Shown one piece after another: positions 36,461 to 50,086 of a stretch of 64,000 bases of DNA. The notes beneath the pieces were generated by a model, which had not been told where the DNA came from, did no database searches, and saw only the letters and a program-made list of their open reading frames with translations. The stretch covers positions 24,552,001 through 24,616,000 of the forward strand of contig OX597817.1 of NCBI GenBank assembly GCA_951406725.2, in the 5' to 3' direction. Numbering within the stretch: position 1 is the first letter of the stretch; each line of letters starts with the position of its first letter. This DNA is from Octopus vulgaris (lineage: Eukaryota). The translations under genes and the position numbers were made by a program.

Positions 36461-37385
36461 ATGGGGTGGTGATATATATATATATATATATATATTATTC
36501 TTTCCATATATATATATATTTATATTATGGCTGCCCCCTCATTATCGAGTATGGCCATTGCATGAAGCTTAACTGTTACTGGTGCTGTGATCGAATGTGA
36601 CATTTTAGCCCAGCTAAAGATCTACAGTGTCTTGTACAGAATTGGCAACTAAATTGCCTCAGTAAAGCTGGACCCAAGAGTCATCTCCGTAGTCATAAAG
36701 TGAGACAGATGAGTAACACACCATACTAATCATATCTGTCGGGCATGTGGAAGAGAGTGTAATTTGGCAGGAGGACTTAAACGACATGCAAAGGTACATG
36801 AAGCCGAGTTACAACTACAGCCGGCTATTACCGGTAAAGGTTTTAGTTGCCGATTCTGTACAAGACACTGTAGATCTTTAGCTGGGTTAAAAAGTCACAT
36901 TCGATCTCAGCACCAGTAATAGCCGGCTGTAGTTGTAACTTGGCTTCATGTCGTTTAAGTCCTCCTGCCAAATTACACTCTTTTCCACATGCCCAACAAA
37001 TATGATTAGTATGGTGTGTTACACCACCACCAGTGGCCAGGCTGTCACTCATCTGTCTCGCTTTATGACTACGAAGATGACTCTTGGGTCCAGCTTTACT
37101 GAGGCAGGGTCTTGCACAGACATTGCATGTCAGAATCAAAGAAAGACCCTTCCCATCTGGAAGTGTAACAGCGATGCCCTTCCTGACATCCCCCCTTACT
37201 TTCTCATGTGCAACTCAAGATTTCTCAAAAGTAGCTGTCACCTCGTGCACAATCCTTCTCCACCTGCTACGATCAATAGCTATGCCTTCCCATGTGTCAG
37301 GAGAGATGCAAGCATCTCTTAAGGAAGCCTTCAGCAAGACCTTATACCTCTTTTTTGGTTTATGTAGAGGTCGTTCTCCTTTAGC

Positions 37386-38546
37386 TCACTCTCCATAAAA
37401 GAGTTGTTTTGGCATCCTTGAATCCTTCATCCTGACCAAATGACCACTCCATCTGAGCCTTTGCTTTAACACAAGAGCTTCTATACTTTCACACCGAGAG
37501 ACTTCCAATATTTCAAGATCACTGATGCGGTCCTTCCACTTAATGCCATCGATTCGTCTGAGGCACATCTGATGGAAACGTTCCAGTTGTTTAAGGTGGT
37601 ATCGATATGTGACCCACGTCTCGCAGGCATAGAGAAGAGAAGGGAGCACACATGCCTTGTACATCTTCATCTTTGTCTTTCTGCATATGTCTTGCCGACT
37701 CCAGAGGTGCTTTTCTAGCCTTCCGAAAGCAACACTTGCTTTCCTAATTCTATATGGAATTTCATCATCCAAATTGCTATATCTATTAATAGTGCTTCCC
37801 AGGTGGACAAACTGATCAACTAGATCAAGTCGTTTACCATAAACATAGATATTTGGTACGCTATATTGCTTACCAGGGGCAGGTTGATGCATGACAACAG
37901 TTTTCTTGATATTGACTGTCAATCCTAAGGCAGTGCAAGCATCAGAGAATGCATTCAGAATGTGTTGCATATCAATCTCTGTGTGTGCTACTAGCTCACA
38001 ATCATCTGCATACAAAAGGTCTCTTATGATAGAGGTAAATACCTTTGTTTTTGCAGCAAGGCGCCTGATATTAAATATGCTGCCAGAGTTTCGATAATGG
38101 ATGTAAACACCGTATCTGCAGTTTCTGAATGCAATAGAGAACACCATCGCAAAATATATAGAAAATAGGGTCAGTGCCAGAATATTCCCCTGTTTCACTC
38201 CATTGTGTATTGAAATGGGCTCTGAAATTTTCCCTCTAACATTCACCCTACCATTCATGTCTTCATGGAAAGATCTAACCAAAGCAAGGAACTTTTCAGG
38301 ACACCCAAGTTTCTGGAGGACTTTCCACAATGCTTTTCTAGTGACGGTATCAAAGGCTTTTGTTAGATCGACAAAAACCTGATACAAATCCAGACCCTGT
38401 TCCACACACTTCTCCTGAAGCTGTCTAGCTGAAAAGATCATATCAGCAGTGCCACGTCCCACACGAAAGCCAGATTGACTTTCTGGAAGAACACAATCTG
38501 CAATGTATTTCAGCAGACGATCCAGAAGTATCTTGCATAAAACCAT
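37386..38546 (-). pseudogene. reverse transcriptase domain of the RTE LINE
   Basis: 386-codon ORF with QSGFR, DLTKAFD, GVKQG and YADD; flanked by a frameshift and a stop. Confidence 0.92.
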
Positions 38547-39706
38547 CCTACGGCAGACATCAATGATACTCCCCTATAATTACCACAATTATTCCTGTTG
38601 CCCTTTCCCTTATACAGGACCACCATTACTGCATCTCTCTAGTCCTCAGGGACAGATTCTCTAGTCCATATCTTACCAAACAAAGAGTGAAGTTTCTGCA
38701 GAAGTTTCTCAACACCATGTTGTAACAACTCCACATGTATGCCATCCATACCCGAAGACTTCCCATTATTCAACCTTGAGATAGTCATTGCAACTTCTTC
38801 CAACTTTGGTGGTTCTGCGAGTGCTGCCTTCACAGGTAATTCAGGGATGAGATAGAGAACATCCTCACTAACTAGACTGCTGATTCAAAAGTTCATTAAA
38901 GTGTTCTTGCCACCTTCGCAGAATTCCTTGTGAATCACGAAGAAGTTCTTTACAATCCCTGCTTCGAAGTGGTGTCATCAGGGAAGATGTCGGTCCATAA
39001 ACTTCTCGCAAGAGACCATACAACAGCTTTGTGTTATTAGAATCTGATGCCACCTGTATCTCATCAGCCTTCTTACTCCACCACGTATCCCTCATCTGAG
39101 AGAGCCTTTGCCTCACACGTGATTTTACGTCCTTGAGTTCCCTATGCAACACTTCTCTTTCCCGTGGCTTTGCTGACAAATAGCATGACAAAGTACATCT
39201 TTTATCAGCCAATAAATCATCTATATGTTCATCATTTTCTTTAAACCAATCTTGATGCTTTCTTTGTATCAATCCCAGAACTTTATTGCCTATATCATAA
39301 ACTGACATTTTAAGGGTCGGCCAATCCTCCCCAATATCGGCAGCATTCATTTCCTCTCGTAAAGTTCTCTTCATACTATTACACATTTGACGATCAACAT
39401 TCAGTCATTTAGGCAGGGTAATCCCTGCAGCTCGGATTTTATGTTTTGTGACTAATTTCATTTTTGCACGTACTAGGCGGTGGTCAGTCCCACACTCAGC
39501 TCCACGAAGAACACGAACACACTGCACATCTTTCTGTCTCGCACCTTAACAAGGATGTAATCCAGAATATGCCATTCTTTAGATGCAGGGTGCATCCATG
39601 TAGTCTTAAACTTATTCTTTTGTTGAAACATGGTATTGGTAACACTCATACATCTGCAGCCAAAGCATGCCATTACTATTACAATTCCCCACCCCATGCT
39701 TTCCAA

Positions 39707-40326
39707 TTACAGTCCATGTGTTAAAATCCCTCTAGCATTAAAGTCACCCAGTACGATGACTTTGTCTGCCCAAGGGATATTTCTTATAATGCCCTTCAAA
39801 GCATGGTAGAAAGAAAGTCTTTCGTCATCAGTATAGCACATAGTTGGAGCATACACACTCACAAAGGTCACATAATTTCTTTTAACCAAAGGAATTCTCA
39901 TGGACATAAGACGCTTGTTAATTCCGATTGGGAATTCTTCCAACTTGTCCACAAGAGTAATCTTAACAGCAAATGCCACTCCAGCTGCTCCTCTAAACTC
40001 TTCATTCCTCCTTTTCCAAAAGAACGTATATTTTCCACAAGATTCTGTAAGATGACCATCTCCAGGTAATCTCGTCTCAGATAAAGCAACGATGTCAAGA
40101 TCATAGCGTTGAAGCTCCTTCGCAATAAGCACAGTCCTTCTTTCAGGACATTCAGGGGACTTGCAGTCAAGCAGTGTCCGTACATTCCAACAGCCAATAT
40201 TCAATATTTTCTTTGGTTCTATCACAGTAGCATGATGACGGCCAGGTTCAGACTGTGATGCTCTGGATCCCCTGCCGGGCCAGACTCTTTCAGCTGATGC
40301 GGTTCCAGAGTCCTTACTGCCATTTA
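39707..40326 (-). pseudogene. APE-type endonuclease domain of the RTE LINE
   Basis: WNVRTL, ALSETR, YAPT and GDFNA motifs; the frame stays open upstream to about 40326. Confidence 0.9.
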
Positions 40327-40337
40327 TTTTTTTTATT

Positions 40338-40845
40338 ATGTCAGGTCACTTTCGAGTGCTACTGGTAACATGTAACCCAGTACAACCTGTTGCATGGTCG
40401 GGTCGTCAGTGACTAAACCGGCAACCCCACCAAGCTTGCTTGGTGAGGAAGGTGTTTATTGGACACCCTGCGGGATGAAAAACAAAACCCATCAAAGGGC
40501 GGAGGGACTCTTGAGAGTCAACGGCCATCCAATAAAAGTCTTAAGGCTGTATCATGTGCGGGGACATAGAAATAATCGGACTGAATACTCAATCGCACAG
40601 TTAAACCATTGGGAGTGAAGGACTCCTAGTCTTTGTTAGGGCATCCTTCAAGGAGAAGGTAACTCAGGTAACTGGGATAACTCCAACATAAAACCTGCGG
40701 CTCATTGGTTACCGATGATGTTGAATTGTTCTTCTTTTCGGATTATGGCTGGTGTTGCTTAGTGAGTGGGATTGACTCAGTGCACAGCCTTTCCTCACTT
40801 AAAAAAGGAATCTTCTTGCACAGACATAGCACGATAACAACATTA
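40338..40845 (+). mobile_element. RTE 5'-UTR-like segment, head-to-head with the LINE
   Basis: GC-richer block containing AGGGCATCCTTCAAGGAGAAGGTAACTC...AAAACC, resembling RTE leader motifs as I recall them. Confidence 0.4.
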
Positions 40846-40959
40846 AATTAATTAACTAATTCATTATTGTTGATGGCACTGTGAGTCTCAACTGAATAGC
40901 TGGCTGTAGCCTTAAAAAGCAAAAAAATCAATGATGTACCAAAAGAGTATAAAAGTATA

Positions 40960-41006
40960 CATATAAATACATACATACATATATGTATATATATATATAT
41001 ATATAT

Positions 41007-41089
<83 letters not shown>

Positions 41090-41135
41090 CGCACATATAT
41101 ATATATGTATGTATGTATATATATATATATATATA
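40960..41135. repeat. compound microsatellite
   Basis: (TA)n, (CA)n and (TACA)n. Confidence 0.95.
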
Positions 41136-41136
41136 T

Positions 41137-41525
41137 CATCATCATTATTTTAACGTCCGATTTCCATGCTAGCATGGGTTGGACGATTTGACTGAGGACT
41201 GGCAAACCAGATGGCTGCGCCAGGCTCCAATCTGATCTGGCAGATTTTTCTACAGCTGGATGCCCTTCCTAACGCCAACCACTTCCAGAGTGTAGTGGGT
41301 GCTTTTATGTGCCACCGGCACGAGGGACAGTGTGGCGGTACTGGCAACAGCCATGCTCGAAATGGGTTTTTTTTATGTGCCACCAGCACAAGTCCCAGTA
41401 AGGTGACACTGGAAACGATCACACTCAAATGGTGCTTTTTACAAGCCACTGGCACAGAAGCCAGACAGCTGCTCTGGCAGTGATCTCGCTCAGTTGGAGC
41501 TGTTGGCACCCCACTGGCACAGGTG
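41137..41525 (-). mobile_element. SINE-like family C with extended modular 5' region
   Basis: Family C core plus about four diverged GTGCTTTT...GCCAC(C/T)(G/A)GCAC modules. Confidence 0.8.
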
Positions 41526-41599
41526 CCAGTCATTCAATTTGGTTCAATTTCGATTTTACTTCGATTTTATTTGGTTCAATTTCGATATATATATATACA

Positions 41600-41775
41600 T
41601 ATACATACACACAACAGGTTTCTTTCAGTTTCTCTCTACCAAATCCACTTACAAGGCTTTGGTCAGTGACAGGCTAGAGAAGGAGACGTTTGCCCAAGGT
41701 CACACACAGTAGGACTGAACCCAGAATAATGTGGTTTGGAAGAAAGCTGCTTACCATACAGCCACACCTGAACCT
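41600..41775 (-). mobile_element. SINE family A 5' half (old)
   Basis: TTCTTTCAGTT...CAAATCCACT...GGACTGAACCC...CAGCCACACCTG. Confidence 0.75.
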
Positions 41776-41825
41776 ATATATATATATATATAATATATTA
41801 ATTTATCTATACCTATATATACATA

Positions 41826-41886
<61 letters not shown>

Positions 41887-42971
41887 CATTTATTATTACA
41901 GAAAACCTTTTTGTTTCTTTGTTTTTATATATTTTACATTATCTATACACAACCAAATAATTTAGATCGTCTTAAATTGCAGCAATATTTCAAATACAGT
42001 CACAATTTTAAATCACCATCAAATATAGAATTATCCTTTCCAAGAATTTAATATTGCTTTCATTAACATAGATTGGAGATAAATCCCTTCATATTGATTA
42101 TTAATTAAGCACTACATAAAGCAACATAGAGGTGGCGATGAGGATGCTCATTTGAATAATGTTGTGTTAAAGAAGAGAAAGCTGAGGAGGGAGAGCAAGA
42201 AAGGGGGAGTGAAAGGCTGAGAGACAGGGAGACAGAGAGATGACGATGATAAAAAGTAAGATTTGCTGAGAGAAAGTGAGTGTATATATGAGTGTGTATG
42301 TCAGTAAATTATGACTAATTGTAGTTGTGTATTTTTATACATAAAAGTATGTGACTATGTTTATATGTTTATGTGTGCATGCTTGCAAATTTGACATTTT
42401 TGCTTGACTTGTTATTTCTTTGATATATGAATTTCTCCGTCTTAGGAAATGGATAACTTTGGAGAAGTTTACAGATTTTCTATCAATGTAATTAATTCAG
42501 GAATATTCAGAAGCAACATTTGGTCTTCATGTAAATTAGTGTTTAAATCTCAATGAATTAACTGCTTAACTTGTAATTATTGTGAATGCTACACTTTCTA
42601 AAGATAAGTATCATTGTTCATTCAGGTTTTATATTTAGGATTAATTAATTATTTCTGTGTAATAGCAATTATTCAGTGTGTTTCAAACTAATTCATGTCA
42701 TAAAGTGAATAATAATAATAGCAATCTATTCGTATTATCAATACCTCAGATTTCTACTGCAGACACGTAATTCTGCATGTTATTATTAACTTTGCAATAA
42801 CTGAGGGGTCAAGAGCAAACACAGTGTTTCTATCAGAACTACTCAATATGAGACATTGTGAGCTCATATTCCAAATGCTGGATAAAACAGTAACTGTAAA
42901 CCTGGCATGATACTCTAATTGGTGTCAATATTAGTTAGAGAGTAGGTATACGTATGACTGAGAAGTTAATA

Positions 42972-43112
42972 TTAGGTTGTCCCAAAAGTTCGTAAACACT
43001 TGCGAAAATTGAATTTTTACTCGCCAAGTACTAACAAAAACAACAAAAATTATTCCTCAAAATAAAGACCATTATTTTCCAAGACTTTCTACGAACTTTT
43101 GGGACAACCTTA
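42972..43112. mobile_element. Tc1/mariner-type MITE (141 bp)
   Basis: 23-bp TIR TTAGGTTGTCCCAAAAGTTCGTA with one mismatch; TA on both flanks. Confidence 0.88.
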
Positions 43113-43149
43113 TAGTTAAACTCTATTTACAAACGATAGATTTGAATGC

Positions 43150-43340
43150 ACCTGCCAGCCTCGCCTGGCACATAAAAAGCACCCACTACACTCACAGAGT
43201 GGTTGGCGTTAGGAAGGGCATCCAGCTGTAGAATCACTGCCAGATCAGACTGGGCCTGATGCAGCATCCTGGCTTCCCAGACCCCCGGTCGAACTGTCCA
43301 ACCCATGCTAGCATGGGAAGCGGACGTTAAACGATGATGT
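43150..43340 (+). mobile_element. SINE-like family C (5'-truncated)
   Basis: Near-identical to 4208-4410. Confidence 0.88.
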
Positions 43341-44174
43341 ATGCTACAGGAAAAGAGAATTCCTCATCAATTCTATCCATCTAACAATTTTCTCTATTCC
43401 TGGGGGTCGTGGTGGTAGTGGTGGTGGTGGGGAGTTGTTGGGGTAGAATCTTCAGGTGCCTCTTCCATAAGGTCCTATCAGAAGAAATATTCGTTGTGCT
43501 TTCTCACTAGATTCCTAAGTCTGTCAAACTGAGACTACACATATTATCCAACCACCTTGTTGATCTATATCTAGGTTTCCTGTCTGTTGGCTTGGCTTGA
43601 AGAATATATCCAGTAATACTATCCTGAAACATCTAATCACAATTTCTTAGCAGCTGAGCTGTGAAATATTTTACTCAGGTAACTCATCATGCAATTTATT
43701 TCATTTAATCATCCACCTCAGTTTGTAAATATTTAGAATTTTCTTAACTTTACCTGTCCAAAATGCTCAAAATATTTGAATGAACAACAAAGATATGATG
43801 AGTATAAGATGGCTTGTGGTTTAAACAAGATTAGTTAGATATTGTGCAATCTGTATGGGAGTTTTGGTCAATCCATTTGTCAGGCTATATAGGAGCATAA
43901 AATCTTAAAAGAACTCAAATATTTACTTCAATCTATAAAATAGAATATAGAAATTATCATGAAGATTAGGAATGAATTTTTGTTGTAATAGGATGAGATG
44001 TGGAAAAGCCCTTTTGTTGATCCATCCAGCCTATATCTACATAAAATGAAAAGCCTTAAATCAATAGTGATGACATTATTAAATGACTACTTGTGACATA
44101 TTTTTAAAGACATTTTTGCAAAGCCAAAAATGGCAATGAGAAATATTTCTACATTCTCAAAAAATAAAAAGAAT

Positions 44175-44460
44175 ATACATACATACATTTATACATACAC
44201 TTATACATAAGTATATATATATATATATATGTGTGTGTGCACGTGTGTATGTATATATATATGTGTGTGTGTATATGTATATATATATATATGCGTGTGT
44301 GTGTGTGTATGTATATATATATATGTGTGTGTGTGTGTGTATATGTCTATATATATATATGTGTGTGTGTGTGTATATGTCTGTATATATATATATATGT
44401 GTGTGTATGTATGTAGATATATATATATATAGATGTGTATGTGTGTTAACATATATGTAT
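44175..44460. repeat. alternating (TA)n/(TG)n microsatellite
   Basis: Direct reading. Confidence 0.95.
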
Positions 44461-46043
44461 GAAAAAAGAATTTACAGAAAAATATATGAACCTAGATTAT
44501 TCTAATCTGATCTTCCATTTTCTTGAACTAAGATAAAAGTTGATGAATATTGGCTTTTAGAAGTACAAGCTGCACGACAATTTTATAACAATTGAAATCT
44601 TTTGAGCATTTATCTGTCAAATGAATTCCGTTTAGAAGTTTATATTTATAGCCTTTAAAATTTCATTATTCTTAAGTCTGAATTTTCTTAGATTCTTTAC
44701 TGTGTGTGTGTGTGTAGTTCATGTAGTAAGAATTCTTTTGTAAACTTTTGAGAAACTATGGAATAATTCTTTTTTAGAATAATGGATCACAAATCACACA
44801 TAAAATTATAAACAATAGTATCATGTAAATACTGGCTTGAAAGCCCTTTGGGTAGAAAAACTTGAAGTCTGCCTATATCCACTGATAGAACACCTGTCAT
44901 GTCAATGGGAGATGTTGGCTCATGTCCCACAGGCAGCTTTCAAATTTCCTTGTACAAGTGTTTACAACCCAATATTTACTGGCTATAACTCTATGTGCTT
45001 CAAAAATCACTATTCTACAAAAGATATATGTATGTATGGATGTACGTACATACATAGATATATATGATAGATAGATAGCTAGATATAAATATTTATTTTA
45101 GTGTTAATACTGCTTCTATCACTAATAGTTACTTTTTGATAAGTCTACTGGCTATTTGTGATGTATAGAGTATCAACATCTTTTCGGATACTGTTATTCT
45201 ATACATCATGACTGGCAAGATTTGACTGGCATGTGGTGACCAGTGCTTCCCACTGATGAGGCCCAGTAGACCTAAATCACATAATATGGAAAATTTGGTA
45301 CCCATGACAGAATATTTTCATCTGCTACGATATGCTTTGCATAAGAATATACAGGAAATACTTTTACTTAAAATTTATGATTTGAAGCAACATAACTTTA
45401 GACCCTTTCCTCTTGATTAACTAATTGACATATTGAATTATCTGTGCCTGCACAAATCAGTTTGGAAATTCAACTACTCAATTTCCGTAATAGTTGTGTC
45501 AATAAATCCCTTTAGAGTCAGAAATGATAACATTGGTACTGGTCAATTAATAATGTTCCCTTTTAGGTACAAGCAAACATTGTATCAAACACAGTATCTT
45601 TTTATAAACCATCCTTTCCATCGTAGCTGTCCTAAAACTTTTAGTACATCAGAGAAGTGTTTGTTCATATCATAGATGTTATTGTTGCCTGGACTAATTT
45701 GGGTTTGGCTTGTATTCTTCACAAGTATCTTGGCATAGGCAAATATGAAACCTGAAGGGTCAAGTTGGATATCATGTTCATATGAAATAGATTCCTCAAT
45801 CAAAAGATATAAAATGATTTCTTGGAAGGGATTCAAGTAGATAGAGTGCAATTGATTTCACAGTTCTTTGGATAAGTTCAATGTGCAATATCTATTCTAA
45901 CTGAGTAGAGTTTGAGCAACATATACTTGCAGGCCAAGGAGGAAGTTTCTATGTGGTTACTACATCTGCTAGAAATATCAACCAAAAAAAGATGTTTGAT
46001 TGCACATCACAGTAAAAACTATATGTTTCTTACATATCCCATA

Positions 46044-46675
46044 TACTCTTTTACTCTTTTACATGTTTCAGTCATTTGACTGTGGCCATGCTGGAGCACC
46101 GCCTTTAGTTGAGCAAATTGACCCCAGGACTTATTCTTTGGAAGCCTAGTACTTATTCTATCAGTCCCTTTTGCCGAACCGCTAAGCTACGGGGACATAA
46201 ACATACCAGCATCGGTTGTCAAGCGATGTTGGGGGTGGGGGAGACAAACACATACACAGAAACATATACATTTATATAGTTAATCCAAACAAGAAAACAC
46301 AAAAAACACAACAACGTGAGGACGTGGAACAAATAAAGTATTATTGGACGCTCAGGAAAGAAGGGAAGAAGGAGGGTTTAACGTTTCGAGCGGAGCTCTT
46401 TGTCGGAAACATAGGAGAAGGAAAGATCCAGAGAAGGGAAGACAGAAGAAAAAAAATCGCCAACGGTGCACATGAGGTCACATTATATATATATATATAT
46501 ATATATATACACGATGGGCTTCTTTTCAGTTTCTGTCTACTAAATCCACTCACAAGGCTTTGGTCAGCCTGAGGCTATAGTAGAAAACACTTGCCCAAAG
46601 TGCCATGCAGTGGGACTGAACCCAGAACTATATAGTTGGTAAGCAAGCTACTTACTACACAACCACTCCTACGCC
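46044..46675 (-). mobile_element. SINE family A carrying an insertion in its internal microsatellite
   Basis: Family A halves at 46044-46278 and 46484-46675. Confidence 0.88.
46279..46483 (-). mobile_element. Penelope-like terminal repeat fragment
   Basis: Reverse complement of 50087-50294; CCGACAAAGAGCTCCGCTCGAAACGTT motif; inserted in (TA)n. Confidence 0.6.
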
Positions 46676-46825
46676 TATATATATATATTTACAGTAATAT
46701 CATCACAATTAATTATATCCTTATAACAGATGAATCAATGATTGAAGCCTCTAAGTGAATTAATAAAGCAGTTTCTACACAGTAGATTGATCAACTGAAA
46801 TTAACAAATCTTTCTCAAATCATAA

Positions 46826-47204
46826 CTCTTTTACTCTTTTACTTGTTTCAGTCATTTGACTGCGGCCATGCTGGAGCACCACCTTTAATTGAGCAACTCG
46901 ACCCCGGCACTTATTCTTTGTAAGCCCAGTACTTATTCTATCGGTCTCTTTTTTGCCGAACCGCTAAGTGACGGGGACGTAAGCACACCAGCATCGGTTG
47001 TCAAGCAATGCTAGGGGGACAAACACAAACACACGCACATATATATATATACATATATACGACAGGCTTCTTTCAGTTTCCGTCTACCAAATCAACTCAC
47101 AAGGCATTAGTCGGCCCGGGGCTATAGCAGAAGACATTTGCCCAAGATGCCACGCAGTGGGACTGAACCCGGAACCATGTGGTTGGTAAGCAAGCTACTT
47201 ACCA
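46826..47204 (-). mobile_element. SINE family A
   Basis: Matches family A. Confidence 0.9.
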
Positions 47205-48734
47205 CTGTCTTTAGAATGAAAAAAAACGATATGATGTGCCAGTGGAGCAACTGCATACTACATGTGATATTATTAACAAGATGTTTTTAAATAACCTGAG
47301 AAGGTAATTTTGATTGGTTGGGAAGTGTGTTGCTAGGTGTTGGCTTCAACGAGTCACTGACTGATTTTTCCTTGGTGTCTCATTTGTCGTTGTTGTCCAA
47401 TCACAACTTATATATATTAACCTTAGGTGCAAAAACATTCCAATCAAAGCCTGTAAGCTTTTTTTTTTTCCAGTGAACAAACAATACACAGTGGGGAACT
47501 TTTCGACTTAACAGAAAACACATTAGTGCCAAACAGACTCTATGTCTCAAGAACTCAATAGTTCACTCATAGCCTATTCCACCATTCCAATTTCATTACC
47601 TTCTCACACATACCAGTGAAGAAAGAACCTTTTCATTGATTGAAACATCGTTTTTTTTTTATATATTTCAACAATGCACTTTTAAACATTGTCTAGTCAC
47701 GTATATTATCATCTACGTATTGTCAAATAGATTTTCAGCCTCATATTTTGACACCTTTTTTATTGAACAATTTTATCTGCATCCATCTTTTCCCCCACTT
47801 TGATCTTATATTGCTTGAACATTTTTATGTATCACCTTTTCTTTTTGGTGTTTTTTACCTGACACATTTAACTGTTTACATTTATTTCTTAAATTGTATT
47901 TAAACTTTATTTACATTATTGGTCATTTTCATATAATAGCATAATAATACTCAATGTTTATCAAAATCGGGAAAACGATCATAGTTCACCTTCATCAAAA
48001 TATCAGAATGAGATTAATCACCAATTAAGAATATAAGACTTACATATATATGTACTTATGTCTGCATATGCATATGTGTGTTTATGTGTGTGTGTGTTGT
48101 GTATTTGTGTGTGTATGTGTATGTGTGTTAAAAGTTATGCAAAAGTGAGTGTAGTTTTTTTGTTAATTGACAGAGATTGTTTAAATTGCCCTTGTTTGTA
48201 GAATAACTCTCCCACAAACTTGCTGGCCTTGTGCCAAAATTTGAAATGAATATTAGTTGCACTGTCCTTGAATGGCCTGCAAAGAGTATATACACAGTGC
48301 CTTTCTCAAGCCAAGTGAACATAAAAAAAGGGTCAGCCTTGAATCAACCATGAACATTCTAGGTTTTTGCCTTTCTAGAAATATATGAATTAATGTATCC
48401 TTTTTTAGTGATGGTATGATGTGTGGAAAATTTATCTCCTTTTCTAATAGGAGAAATGAATACTTGGATGTAATTTGTAGCTATTGCACATGGACATAAA
48501 GTTAAAGCAAATCTATAAAAATTGAAATTGTTTGCGATAAAAAGAGTCAGTCCAGATTGTGTAAACTTATGATCAACAGATGTTTCAGACAGGACTACCC
48601 TTACATTTTCAAGAATAATTATTTCATGTCTTGTCTTATTTAAAAGACAAGGCAGTGGTTTTCATGGTGTACTGGAGATCAAGGCAAAAAAGTTACCAAT
48701 GTATTTACATGTCAACAAAATTTATTGACACACT

Positions 48735-48945
48735 TTCTTTCTTTTTCTTTCTTTTACTTGTTTCAGTCATTTGACTGCGGCCATGCTGGAGCACCGCCTT
48801 TAGTCGAGCAAATCGACCCCGGGACTTATTTTTTTTAAGCCCAGTACTTATTCTATCGGTCTCTTTTGCCGAACTGCTAAGTGACGGGGATGTAAACACA
48901 CCAGCATCGGTTATCAAGCAATGCTAGGGGGACAAACACAGACAT

Positions 48946-48978
<33 letters not shown>

Positions 48979-49149
48979 CATATATACAACAGGCTTCCTT
49001 CAGTTTCCGTCTACCAAATCCACTCACAAGGCATTGGTCAGCCCGAGGCTATAGCAGAAGACACTTGCCCAAGATGCCACGCAGTGGGACTGAACCCGGA
49101 ACCATGTGGTTGGTTAGCAAGCTACTTACCACACAGCCACTCCTGCGCC
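48735..49149 (-). mobile_element. SINE family A (full length)
   Basis: Matches family A through CCACTCCTGCGCC. Confidence 0.9.
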
Positions 49150-49257
49150 TATCGAAATTTTATAAAAACACTGTTTTAATCTTATAAATTTAGAAACAAT
49201 TTTTATAGGAACGTATTGCTTACATAGATTTTCTTTTCCCCAAAACTTTTTCTACTA

Positions 49258-49462
49258 AAAGCACAAGGTCAGAAATTTTGAAGGAGAGCTGTCTAATCGA
49301 TTCCATGGATCCCAGTCTTCAACAGGTATCTATTTTATCAATCTTGAAAGGATAAAAGGCAAAAATCAACCCTGGGGGAATTTGAACTCAGAACTTAAAG
49401 ATGGATGAAATGCTGCTAAGCATTTTGCCTGATGTGCTAATAATTCTACCAGCTCACCACCT
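49258..49462 (-). mobile_element. old SINE family B relative
   Basis: GAAAGGATAAAAGGCAAA...GAATTTGAACTCAGAAC...CCAGCTCACCACC. Confidence 0.7.
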
Positions 49463-49521
49463 TTCCTTGCACAAGTAATAAAATTATAAATAACACACTT
49501 TTCAAGGTGCTAATCTATTAA

Positions 49522-49739
49522 CCCTTTTGTAACCGCATTTCTGTTGACATATGGTACCTTTGTTTCAGTTAATTTTAAAATGTAATGAATTTAGTACAAT
49601 AATTTTGTCATTTTTAATCTAGAGTTTGGAATATAAATTAATCTGAAATTTTAATGAAAGTTTTAATTTAGATCACGTTAAAACGGAAAGTTTGTATCAT
49701 AGAACCGGGGGCAGTTTCAGGCAAATTGTATCAAAAGGG
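49522..49739. mobile_element. piggyBac-type MITE
   Basis: TTAA|CCCTTTTG...CAAAAGGG|TTAA with an intact TTAA TSD. Confidence 0.85.
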
Positions 49740-50051
49740 TTAACGCTTTTGATCTAAATTAATATTTTCTATCAAAATTTCAGGCAAACTTTCCTCACAC
49801 TAAATAAATAATGACAAAATTATTTTACAATATTCTTCCTTATTTTAAAAATTAACAGAAGCAAAACACTGTTGGCACATCCAAGTTACTTTAGCATGTT
49901 TGGGATGTACTTTATGAATAACTGACAATAAATAACGTGTGCTATTATTTTTTGTTACTATAGATATCATCCATTGTAACATTTGTGTACAGAATGTCCA
50001 GTTCACAAAAATCACACCAAATTGAGTATATTTTTTCAATCTGTTCATTTA

Positions 50052-50086
<35 letters not shown>

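Larger units (their letters stand above)
36524..40326 (-). mobile_element. RTE-clade LINE, near full-length, decayed (APE endonuclease, RT, C2H2 fingers)
   Basis: Collinear fragments: IGCWNVRTL, LSETRL, VYAPT, LGDFNAR, TWMHP...LDYIL; FVDLTKAFD, GVKQG, LYADD, RLRWSGH; C-terminal CxxC...HxxxH; several frameshifts and stops. Confidence 0.93.

Noticed and set aside
36948-40069. Plus-strand ORFs over the RTE LINE
   Set aside because: Antisense shadows; the recognisable domains in this span are on the minus strand.
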